NCBI GenBank assembly: GCA_043826455.1
Contig: JBDRQD010000039.1
Span: 14,242-78,241 of the forward strand
Origin: Candidatus Bathyarchaeota archaeon
GTDB lineage: Archaea; Thermoproteota; Bathyarchaeia; TCS64
Length of the DNA stretch: 64,000 nucleotides
Direction: 5' to 3'
Below, piece by piece: positions 56,258 to 64,000 of the stretch (its first letter is position 1; the number at the start of each line of letters is the position of its first letter). A model generated the notes under the pieces. It did not search any database and was not told the DNA's origin. It worked only from the letters and a program-made list of their open reading frames with translations. The translations under genes and the position numbers were made by a program.

Positions 56258-56360
56258 TTAACATGTTTATGTTAATTTATGGGGTTGTTTACACTTCGTT
56301 AACAGGAGTTAACATATGTTTAACAGATATATAACATAAATATATGGTATAAATATATAG
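56258..56360 (+). promoter_or_regulatory. Phased GTT(T)AACA repeats and TATA-like box
   Basis: GTTTACA 56287, GTTAACA 56298 and 56308, GTTTAACA 56318, TTAACA 56258; TATAAATA at about 56348. Confidence 0.6.
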
Positions 56361-56387
56361 CGAAGAACTAGAGTATCTTAAGTAGAC

Positions 56388-56861
56388 ATGAAAAGAAAAT
56401 ATGTCACAGCAGTATTACTGCTACTTGGACTAGGAATCGTCAGCACTCTGGCATTCGTAATGGGTGATCTAGATGCTTCATCTGTCGCAGGACCAATATC
56501 CGTAACGCAGACAGGCACAGGAGAGAACGTAGATGAAGTCCATGTATTTCCCTATCAGTCACCTGATGGGGTATACATGAAAATGGTTTTAGATACATCA
56601 GTCACAACTTCTTACGTATTTTCCCTAGCAATAGAGGACGACACAGGGCCAATTGACCTTAGCGGTGGAACCTACTCCTACAAAATGGATGGAAGTTGGA
56701 GCGCTCCTGCTTCTCTAACATCGCTGTGGGATGCAGACGACGGAACTGTAACAATTACGGCAAGTGGCACTGGTACAAGTCTTAAACTTAGAGTATACGG
56801 TGTAACAGACCTTTACCTCGACGCAGTAACCATACTGATCTACCAGCAGAGTCTGACGTAA
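56388..56861 (+). CDS. Small secreted beta-rich protein, candidate SipW-processed fibre subunit
   Basis: MKRK + h-region + STLA|F; Ser/Thr/Asp-rich; no C-terminal anchor; directly upstream of a signal peptidase. Confidence 0.65.
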   Translation: MKRKYVTAVLLLLGLGIVSTLAFVMGDLDASSVAGPISVTQTGTGENVDEVHVFPYQSPDGVYMKMVLDTSVTTSYVFSLAIEDDTGPIDLSGGTYSYKMDGSWSAPASLTSLWDADDGTVTITASGTGTSLKLRVYGVTDLYLDAVTILIYQQSLT

Positions 56862-56869
56862 GATCCGAA

Positions 56870-56880
56870 CCTTTTTTTTA
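56870..56880 (+). terminator. Oligo-T terminator-like run after the subunit gene
   Basis: CCTTTTTTTT about 10 nt after the TAA. Confidence 0.5.
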
Positions 56881-56899
56881 TAATAAATGAGGAAATGGG

Positions 56900-57763
56900 A
56901 TGAACTCCGCGAAGGTCTTCAGCGTAGTGGCTCTGGCGAGCGCGACAACCGTAGCCAGCTTCATGGCCCTGATGATCATCCGCGGAAACATGCCCATAAT
57001 CCAGATGGCCCCATTTATTGGACTTAACGGCGCGATAGTCGGAGGCCTCTTCTACCTCGGCATCGACGCCATATCCAGCTTCGGCGAGGCCGCCAAGGCC
57101 GAGCCCAGGCTAGTCATGGTCAGGAACACTGAGGGGCGCGTCATCAGCATTGAGACTCGGGGAGGCGCACAGGAGGAGCCCCTCAGCCTGTTCGGAGAAG
57201 CCCAGGAGGAGCTCATCGAGGAGGAGATACCCCTCAGCAGGCGCCTGGGCTTCACCAGCAACCAGATAACCGAGACCATCAAGACCGTCCTCCTGGTCGC
57301 CCTCATACTGGAGACCTACATGGGTGTAGCCTACCTCAGCAACAACTGGACCCCCATAATGGTGGTCACCACGGGAAGCATGAGGCCCGTACTGGAGGTG
57401 GGAGACCTCATCTACGTCAAAGGCGTGGCTCCCTCAGAGATACAGGTAGGCGACATCATAACCTTCAAGCCCCCCATGGAGTACCTGTCGGGCACCCTGA
57501 TAACCCACAGAGTCGTTGAGATAACCTATGACACCAACGAGGTATTCTTCAGGACCAAGGGCGACAACAACCCCGCAGTGGACCCCTGGAGGGTCGCCAG
57601 CGGGGATATTATCGGGCGGCAGACAGCCGCGGTCCAGGGCGTAGGCGGCTACTTCCTCTGGATGAAGACCCCCGCAGGCCTATCAACTCTGATAGCCGTG
57701 GTGGCCGTCTACCTCCTCTGGCCCAACATTAAACAAACGGTAGGAGGCGTCAGACATAAGTAG
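56900..57763 (+). CDS. Signal peptidase I, ER/SipW type (S26B), with N-terminal 2-TM extension
   Basis: TGSMRP, GDII.F, ITHRV and TKGDNN..DP (Ser-His type); C-terminal TM. Confidence 0.92.
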   Translation: MNSAKVFSVVALASATTVASFMALMIIRGNMPIIQMAPFIGLNGAIVGGLFYLGIDAISSFGEAAKAEPRLVMVRNTEGRVISIETRGGAQEEPLSLFGEAQEELIEEEIPLSRRLGFTSNQITETIKTVLLVALILETYMGVAYLSNNWTPIMVVTTGSMRPVLEVGDLIYVKGVAPSEIQVGDIITFKPPMEYLSGTLITHRVVEITYDTNEVFFRTKGDNNPAVDPWRVASGDIIGRQTAAVQGVGGYFLWMKTPAGLSTLIAVVAVYLLWPNIKQTVGGVRHK

Positions 57764-58616
57764 ACAGAGAAGATGCGCTTTCATAGCCACCCGCCCCTGC
57801 CCCATAGACGTGGACGAGATACCTCTGGACGTGTGCAGGCTGTGCATCGACGCCTGGAAGACCAGCGCAGAGATACAGGTCCTCACAGGCTCACAGATGA
57901 TGCCCCAGGCCATAACCATCCAGAGGCCCTCCACCGCCGTCCAGACCACCATGCAGCCCATAGTTCAGTCCATGGCCCCCGAGCCAAAGCACAAGCCCCC
58001 CACCTTCGAGCTCCCCAAGATAAGCACGGACGAGATGAACAATGAGCACCTGAAGCGCCTACACGAGCTGGACGCCATGTTCATCAACGACAACATAGAC
58101 GCCGAAGAGTACGTGGCTCAGCGGAGAGCCATCGTCAGCCAACTCTCCAACATCAAAAGGATAGACGTCCCCAGCGACGGGTACACCACCATAAGCCTCA
58201 ACGACGACCTGGAGATCAGTTACGACCCGGACACGGACCCCTTCAAGAAGCTGCTACCCCTGGTCATCATTGAGCGTAAGCGGCTAGGATTCGACATGAC
58301 CAGCTACCCCAGGGACGCCAAGCTCCCGCCGGGGCTGAGCAGCAAGAAGATACAGTCCATCTACAACCTATATGATAGCCTCAACGAGAACGAGAGCGTC
58401 CTACTCCAGTTCAACGGCACCAGACTCGGGCTCCTGGGAAAGAAGAAAAACCGCATCCTCTGCGTGGTGCTGGAGACAGACGAGAACATGGAGGACTACA
58501 GAGAAGAGATCAACCACCTTGTGGGCCTCTTCAACCAGGCTGAGACCGTTGAAGACCTGATAAAGGCGCTGCCCCACGCGTGGACGACGCAAACCTTTTC
58601 TCATCAACTCCCCTAA
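57756..58616 (+). CDS. Cytoplasmic protein: Cys4 motif, SHOCT-like helix pair, C-terminal alpha/beta domain; probable ATA start
   Basis: Frame is open back to TAG 57741 and adds SRQRRCAFIATRPCP; GGAGG lies 8 nt before ATA 57756. Confidence 0.7.
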   Translation: MSRQRRCAFIATRPCPIDVDEIPLDVCRLCIDAWKTSAEIQVLTGSQMMPQAITIQRPSTAVQTTMQPIVQSMAPEPKHKPPTFELPKISTDEMNNEHLKRLHELDAMFINDNIDAEEYVAQRRAIVSQLSNIKRIDVPSDGYTTISLNDDLEISYDPDTDPFKKLLPLVIIERKRLGFDMTSYPRDAKLPPGLSSKKIQSIYNLYDSLNENESVLLQFNGTRLGLLGKKKNRILCVVLETDENMEDYREEINHLVGLFNQAETVEDLIKALPHAWTTQTFSHQLP

Positions 58617-58629
58617 AATCAACTAACCG

Positions 58630-60420
58630 GTGCCCACCTTGCTGAAATCCAAATATCGGCTTCTCCTGGTCTTCCTGGTAGCCCTGACAACCCTGTCCTT
58701 CGTCGCCACGGCTGAGGCTCAGACCGATAGACCAGTGATAGACCTCAGTCTCGCCCCGCCAGTGATTAACGCAGACGGGCAGAGGCATAGGATCATCGTG
58801 GTCCAGCTTCAGCACGGCAACGGGCAGCCCTACATCGCCCCGGAGGGCTTCACCGTCTACCTCACCTCCAGCAACCTGGACATAGGCACAGTGTCAGAGC
58901 AGCTCACGGTGCCGAAGGGGAGGTCCTACGCAAGGGGCAACTTCACATCATCCTACAACGAGGGGCTGGCCCTCATCACGGCGTCGGCTGAGGGCTTCCA
59001 GACAGGGAACGCGGTCCTCCAAGTGATAAAATCAGACTTCGACGCCAAGCTCACCGTGTACGCGGCGCCGTCCCTCATGCCCGCCGTGAAGAACGTGGAG
59101 GGCAGAGCAGTGATCCAGATAATGGACTTCCAGGGCGTCCCTTACAACGCCCTCCGTGACGTCGCTCTCACCCTGACGTCATCCAACCACAGCGTCCTCA
59201 CCCTCCCAGAGAAGACGGTCATCAAGAAAGGATCAAACTACGTGGAGGTAACCTACGTGGTCCAGGGCGAGATACCGGGGACGGCGATAGTCTACGCCCA
59301 CGCCCAGAACTTTGAGCCCGGCTACGCCCTCGTAACTATAACAAACGAGACACGGAAAGCCCACGGACTCCAAATGTACTTCGCCCCAAGCGTACTACTG
59401 CCCGACCAGGGCACCCACAAGACCGTCACGGTCCAGCTCATAGACGTGGACGGGAACCCGGTGAAGGCAGCCAAGGACACGGTGGTCACCCTCACGTCAT
59501 CCAACCTCAACATAGCGACAGTCTCAGAGACCCTGACCATCCCGAGTGGAAGCTACCACGCCACCGCCACCATAAACACGCGTTACCTGCCCGGGGACAC
59601 CATAATAGCCGCCTCGAGCCCGAGCCTGTCCCCCATCCACAGCACCCTGGTAGTGTTGGGGAACCTCCCCCGAATCCTCGAGATATATCCCGTGCCTGAA
59701 AGGATCATAGCCAACGACGACGAAAACAAGATAATCACCATACAGGTCCTGGACGAGGACGGTAACCCCATCAACGCGGACCGCGACATCACTGTCTACC
59801 TATCCAGCTCCTCGTCCCGCGTCGGCACAGTGCCCATAGTAGGCACCATATCCAAAGGAAGCAGCTACATCACCCTACCCTTCAAGGCGACTGAGAGGCC
59901 CGGGGCAACCACCATCATCGCCGCCACCCAAGGCCTCGAACCATCAGAGGCCACCATAGAGACCGTGGCCCTGACCATGAACGTCACCCTAACCACGCCC
60001 AAGAGCATCCTGCTGAACCAGACCTTCAACGTCCAGGTGAACGTGACCAGCTACGGCCAGCCGGTCACCGGAGCCAAGGTGAAGTGGACGGCCCTTGGCG
60101 GCGTCCTGAAACAGGAAGACACTGAAACCAACAGTCTAGGCGTGGCCTTGGCCCAGATCGTCCAGAAGTACGAGCAGCTCAACCTCAAGGCGGAGGTATC
60201 TATGACGGGCTACGAGAAGCAGACAGCCCAGAAGAGCATAAAGATCACTCAGACCACCAAACCAGAGCTCACGGTAAACATCCTGGGGGCAGAGGTGAGC
60301 GTCTTCATCCTCCTGATAGCCCTGGCTGTGGTCATCGCCCTGGCCCTCGGAGCATACCTGTACCTCAAGTACCGCAAGAGGAAAGAAACCGAGCAGCAGG
60401 ACTTGGAGCTCTACCCCTAG
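58630..60420 (+). CDS. Membrane-anchored protein with four tandem invasin/Big-like repeats
   Basis: Four repeats of Q..D..G.P..A..D..V.LTSSN..TV...TI.KG.SY; signal peptide; C-terminal TM + KYRKRK. Confidence 0.85.
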   Translation: MPTLLKSKYRLLLVFLVALTTLSFVATAEAQTDRPVIDLSLAPPVINADGQRHRIIVVQLQHGNGQPYIAPEGFTVYLTSSNLDIGTVSEQLTVPKGRSYARGNFTSSYNEGLALITASAEGFQTGNAVLQVIKSDFDAKLTVYAAPSLMPAVKNVEGRAVIQIMDFQGVPYNALRDVALTLTSSNHSVLTLPEKTVIKKGSNYVEVTYVVQGEIPGTAIVYAHAQNFEPGYALVTITNETRKAHGLQMYFAPSVLLPDQGTHKTVTVQLIDVDGNPVKAAKDTVVTLTSSNLNIATVSETLTIPSGSYHATATINTRYLPGDTIIAASSPSLSPIHSTLVVLGNLPRILEIYPVPERIIANDDENKIITIQVLDEDGNPINADRDITVYLSSSSSRVGTVPIVGTISKGSSYITLPFKATERPGATTIIAATQGLEPSEATIETVALTMNVTLTTPKSILLNQTFNVQVNVTSYGQPVTGAKVKWTALGGVLKQEDTETNSLGVALAQIVQKYEQLNLKAEVSMTGYEKQTAQKSIKITQTTKPELTVNILGAEVSVFILLIALAVVIALALGAYLYLKYRKRKETEQQDLELYP

Positions 60421-61094
60421 ACCTGTATATCCAGGCCCTTCTCACTGATAGTGTAGTTGTGCGTATTCTTGGAGTGGTTGGTGCCCCTCATCTTTGTGAT
60501 CCTCAGCTGCCTCTTCAGCTGCCCCCTCTCATCATAGTTGTGCTCCATGAGGATGATGCCGTCAGCCACGAACTCCTCGATGCTCTCCCCGATCCTGTTG
60601 GTGTTCCAAGGAATATCCGTGATGGCCAGCGTCGTACACCCAGTCTTCAGGATCAACCTATAGAGGAGCCTGATGAGGTGCCGCTTCTCGAACTCCGTCT
60701 CCAAGCCCATAGCCATGGCCGCGATGGAGTCCACCACCAGCCTCCTGGCCCTAAGGGTCGTGATGGCCTCAAATATCTGGTTCAGGGCCGACTGGACCTC
60801 CGTCTCGCTCCCGATGGACAGGTCCAGGACCTCCACCTTCCTCCTCCGGATCATGGGCTCAAAGTCGATCTCAAACTTCTTCATGTCCTGGATGAGCCGT
60901 TTTCTTGTCTCCGCGAAACACGCGTACACCCCGGCCTCATCATGGTTCAGGGCCCCATCGTAGATGAAGTTAGATGAAAGAATGGTCTTACCCGCCCCAG
61001 GGTTCCCCGCGAGGAGGATCATGCTGTTCCTGAGAAACCCCCCGTCGAGCAGCGTGTCAAGCTGCATGTTCCCCGTGGAGAGCCTCTCACTCAT
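60417..61094 (-). CDS. Single-domain KaiC/RAD55-like RecA-superfamily ATPase
   Basis: STG...LD.LL.GG, GNPGAGKT, LVVDS, EEFVADGII and KMRGT.H. Confidence 0.92.
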   Translation of the reverse strand: MSERLSTGNMQLDTLLDGGFLRNSMILLAGNPGAGKTILSSNFIYDGALNHDEAGVYACFAETRKRLIQDMKKFEIDFEPMIRRRKVEVLDLSIGSETEVQSALNQIFEAITTLRARRLVVDSIAAMAMGLETEFEKRHLIRLLYRLILKTGCTTLAITDIPWNTNRIGESIEEFVADGIILMEHNYDERGQLKRQLRITKMRGTNHSKNTHNYTISEKGLDIQV

Positions 61095-61303
61095 TCTTCA
61101 TCAAACTCCAGCTTCAAGTTGGGTGCCCTAATAACGTTGGGCAGCGCCTCGTTTCTCTTGAGCTCACCGATGATGAGGTTCCTGAGCCACTCGGAGGTAT
61201 TCAGGCCCTCTCGGTGGGCCATCTGGACCACGATGTCCCTGATCCGCGGCGTGACCCTCGTGGCGAGCAACACATTCTTAGGGGTTCCTGACTTCTGGGG
61301 CAT
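61091..61303 (-). CDS. Ribbon-helix-helix protein
   Basis: LATRVT..A.REGLNTSEWLRNLI; ATGA overlap with the ATPase. Confidence 0.8.
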   Translation of the reverse strand: MPQKSGTPKNVLLATRVTPRIRDIVVQMAHREGLNTSEWLRNLIIGELKRNEALPNVIRAPNLKLEFDEE

Positions 61304-61470
61304 TCAAATATCTCCTTCCACATTTAACACGCATAATAGCATACAGTACGTAAACCTTGGTTAACATACCCATTCATACTCTATTTATATTTATTCGTGC
61401 AAATATCAGTAACAACAATTCATCTTCTACCATTAACCAAGATTTCATTATAGAGTCTCACTAATCACAT

Positions 61471-61809
61471 CTAATCGATGTAGGCTTCCACAGCCTCATT
61501 AATGTAATCCACAAAAGATTTCTCTCTAACCCTAACATACTTCATGTTGATCTTCCCGTAGAACCGTTCAACAATCAGATCCTCTATGCCGCGAGCCCCG
61601 GCGCCGAACAGATCCTCAAGCTCACAGGAGAAGACGTCTGGGTCCTCAAGGATGGTGTGTCTGTTGAACCCTGTGTTCATCTCAAGAAAGTTAAGTACCA
61701 CGTCACTGAAGTTGAGGACCTCCTCTATGGACTCAAGCAGCTTATCCCTGGCCTCGTTCCTCCTGTTCCCCAGGTGGATGGACTCATAGTCAACTTGATA
61801 CGATTCCAA
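61471..61809 (-). CDS. DUF3227/NitrOD5-like small helical protein
   Basis: I.E.P..F...LE.LFG.GA..IE..I pattern. Confidence 0.65.
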   Translation of the reverse strand: MESYQVDYESIHLGNRRNEARDKLLESIEEVLNFSDVVLNFLEMNTGFNRHTILEDPDVFSCELEDLFGAGARGIEDLIVERFYGKINMKYVRVREKSFVDYINEAVEAYID

Positions 61810-61823
61810 CTTCAGGTTACTCC

Positions 61824-62285
61824 TCAGTGAACAATGTTCCTGCTCTCGTCAAGCTGCTTTACCCGGTTCTTGATGAAGTCGAGAACCCTCTCCTGGGTGA
61901 GCCTCAGCTCCTCTCTCTGCTCCTCCAGGTTCTTCTCTATGAGCCTTAGGAGGCTGTCCGGGTCGAAGGGCTTGACCAGGTAGGCGTCCGCCTTCCGGTT
62001 CACGGCCTCCACAGCTGAGGGAACGTCAGGGAAACCTGTGAGAACCAGTTTCCTCATCCGGGGCGTGGTCTCCTTCACCCTGGCCAGCAGGTCCAGCCCG
62101 GTCATGTCCGGGAGCTTGATGTCTACGAGCACGATGTTGAAGAAGCCCCTCTCCAGCTCCCTCAAGGCCTCCTCCCCGGTACCGGCTGCCCTCGCATCAT
62201 AGCCCTCTGCCTCAAGGATGCTGATGAGGGACTCAACTATCATTGGGTCGTCGTCTACGATGAGCAGCCTGGCTCTCTTATCCAC
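61824..62285 (-). CDS. Stand-alone response regulator (REC + coiled coil)
   Basis: IVDDD, DIKLPD..G, LTG and KPF. Confidence 0.93.
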   Translation of the reverse strand: MDKRARLLIVDDDPMIVESLISILEAEGYDARAAGTGEEALRELERGFFNIVLVDIKLPDMTGLDLLARVKETTPRMRKLVLTGFPDVPSAVEAVNRKADAYLVKPFDPDSLLRLIEKNLEEQREELRLTQERVLDFIKNRVKQLDESRNIVH

Positions 62286-62516
62286 ACGCGTGTCTCCTAG
62301 GGGTCTTGAAGCTGGGTGCGAATCAGTGCAACGGCTTTAAAGGTTTCTGGTATAATGATAGGTTACCCTGTTTCATCATGGGTCGAGCCATACAGACGGC
62401 GATGAGGCGCTTATATTTCTTTTAATTACAAATCAGGTTCATCTCAGTTTAATAAAGTTTAAATTTCTCTATCATATACGAATACAAGAACCAAAAAAAT
62501 TTTGGAGTTACTCGTT

Positions 62517-62807
62517 TTGTCCGGTGTTCAGGAATGTTACTCAAGATGCCGTGACTTCAAATGCACCCACAGGGCTCTCACCTTCAGAGGTAAAACCTCT
62601 TGGTGCAACTGGACCAATGAGCCCTGCACCCCAAAAGGCTGCACGTACGCAGTGTGCATGAAGAGGCAGCTTCTGGAGAGCGGTATATGCGGGCTGACCA
62701 TAAAGAGGCGCACAAGGGACGACTCTGAGCCCGAGGAGATGACCGTGGAGGAGATCAGGCTCAGGGGGAAGCTGGCTAAGAAGACAGGGGAGCGCTCCAT
62801 TTTCTAA
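62517..62807 (+). CDS. Cys-rich (8 Cys) hypothetical protein
   Basis: CxxxCxxFxC..WC.W...C....C.YA.C...C; GGAG before TTG 62517; operonic with the Trm5-like gene. Confidence 0.75.
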   Translation: MSGVQECYSRCRDFKCTHRALTFRGKTSWCNWTNEPCTPKGCTYAVCMKRQLLESGICGLTIKRRTRDDSEPEEMTVEEIRLRGKLAKKTGERSIF

Positions 62808-62811
62808 GAAT

Positions 62812-63672
62812 GTGAAGCTGAGCAGTTTGAGTAACACGATAAAAGAGAAGCTGCAGGGTAGAGTGCCGGAGCATCTAGCGGAGTTCATTCCCGGCTCCTT
62901 TGACATCCTGGGCTCCAAGAGCGGATCAGTGGCCGTCATAGAGGTACCTGAAGAGCTTCGAGAACACGAGCGCCTGGTGGCCGAGGCGATCATGGAGGTT
63001 CACAGGAACGTCCGCAGCGTCCTCGGAAAGGAGTCTGGTCGCAGCGGCGAGTACAGGCTCAGGGAGCTGCGCCTCATCCTGGGTGACCCCGACACCGAGG
63101 TGGAGCACAGAGAGTCCGGCTGTAGGTTCAGGGTGGACCCCAACTTGGCGTATTTTTCCACTCGGGAGAGCACTGAGCGTGACAGGATAGTGTCCTTGGT
63201 GCAGCCCGGGGAAGAGGTTCTGGTGATGTTCAGCGGTGTAGCCCCCTTCCCGGTGTGCATAGCCAAGAAGGTGGAGAGCGTCAAGGTCACCGGCATCGAG
63301 ATCAACCCCGACGCCCACAGGTACGCCCAGACCAACATCAAGCTGAACAAGGTAGCTGACAGGATCCAGCTGCACCTCGGCGACGTCCGGGACGTATGCC
63401 CCAGCCTTGGACGGAGCTTTGACAGGGTCCTCATGCCCCTGCCCAAGGGCGCCCACGAGTTCCTCGACGTGGCTGTGCGGATGGTGAAGCCCGGCGGAGT
63501 GCTGCATTTCTACCACTGGGCCCCCGAGGACGATCTCTTCACCGAGGCCATGGCCCTTATAGGCGAGGCGGCTGAGAAACAGGGAAGAACGGCCCACTTC
63601 TTGGGTGGCGTCAGGGTCTCCCTGTACAGCCCCAAAGTGTGCAAGGTACGCGTAGACGCCCAGATAAGGTAG
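62812..63672 (+). CDS. Trm5/Taw2 (Met-10+) family tRNA-modifying SAM-dependent enzyme
   Basis: H.ESG..F.VD...YFS...ER, MFSGVAPF, EINP.A and DRVLMPLP. Confidence 0.88.
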   Translation: MKLSSLSNTIKEKLQGRVPEHLAEFIPGSFDILGSKSGSVAVIEVPEELREHERLVAEAIMEVHRNVRSVLGKESGRSGEYRLRELRLILGDPDTEVEHRESGCRFRVDPNLAYFSTRESTERDRIVSLVQPGEEVLVMFSGVAPFPVCIAKKVESVKVTGIEINPDAHRYAQTNIKLNKVADRIQLHLGDVRDVCPSLGRSFDRVLMPLPKGAHEFLDVAVRMVKPGGVLHFYHWAPEDDLFTEAMALIGEAAEKQGRTAHFLGGVRVSLYSPKVCKVRVDAQIR

Positions 63673-63673
63673 C

Positions 63674-64000
63674 CTACTGGGACACGTAGACCTTGGGCTT
63701 GGAGAGCATCACTATCTCTCGGCCGCAGTCAGGGCAGAACTCCCCCTTGAAGTGGAGCCTGCTCCCGCAGAATCGGCAGTACCTGACTTGTGAGGCCACT
63801 CTCCGTTTCAGCGTCGAGCCGCAGTGGGAGCAGTATATGGAGTCGAAAGGCATGATCTGCCCGCACTTCACGCAGGCCTTCTCGTAGCCCGGCCAACTGT
63901 TGGGGTTGAAGCCCTGGAAATCCACTTGGAGCTTCTCATCCGCCGGGAGGACGTTGTCTGGGACGAGGCTGGCAATCCCACCCATGATGGAACCTGTGAA
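63674..64000 (-). CDS. 3' part of a double zinc-ribbon protein (truncated by window edge)
   Basis: CVKCG..YCSHCG and YCRFCG..FCPDCG. Confidence 0.75.
   Translation of the reverse strand, partial: FTGSIMGGIASLVPDNVLPADEKLQVDFQGFNPNSWPGYEKACVKCGQIMPFDSIYCSHCGSTLKRRVASQVRYCRFCGSRLHFKGEFCPDCGREIVMLSKPKVYVSQ

Noticed and set aside
56388..56470. Type IV pilin/archaellin
   Set aside because: No class III signal (K/R-G/A before the h-region) and no assembly ATPase or TadC gene nearby.
52595..62400. tRNA-Ile-anchored genomic island
   Set aside because: The region lies at the tRNA 5' side; no att repeat or integrase; most genes have host-like codon usage.
1..64000. CRISPR array, rRNA, transposase, intein, tRNA introns; long antisense ORFs
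   Set aside because: None seen. Long opposite-strand ORFs (e.g. 1295-2581) are shadows of GC-rich codon usage.

Overview
GC-rich archaeal chromosomal segment. Markers include aRF1, RibL/RibK, RtcB, Mer, archaeal ValRS, PyrH and a Trm5-like methyltransferase. The gene mix suggests Bathyarchaeia or another TACK lineage (inference only). It holds about 60 CDS and three intron-less tRNAs (Arg-GCG, Leu-CAA, Ile-GAT). Most genes are housekeeping or cover peptide, amino-acid and sugar scavenging and transport. Main candidates for something new: (1) a 52.6-62.3 kb cell-surface locus with an AT-richer secreted subunit carrying a SipW-type T-x-A|F signal, its own ER/SipW-type signal peptidase, two Ig-repeat membrane proteins, a Cys4/SHOCT-like protein that probably starts at ATA, and a converging RHH/KaiC-like ATPase/REC module, i.e. 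a candidate TasA/bundling-pilus-like fibre system; (2) a ~350 bp non-coding element in two diverged, inverted copies plus a fragment; (3) two inverted G/C-run + TGCACACACACAA sites at the centres of strong AC/GT strand-skew patches; (4) a GH99-like enzyme with an unrecognised tandem C-terminal domain. All product calls come from motif recognition by eye; no searches were run.
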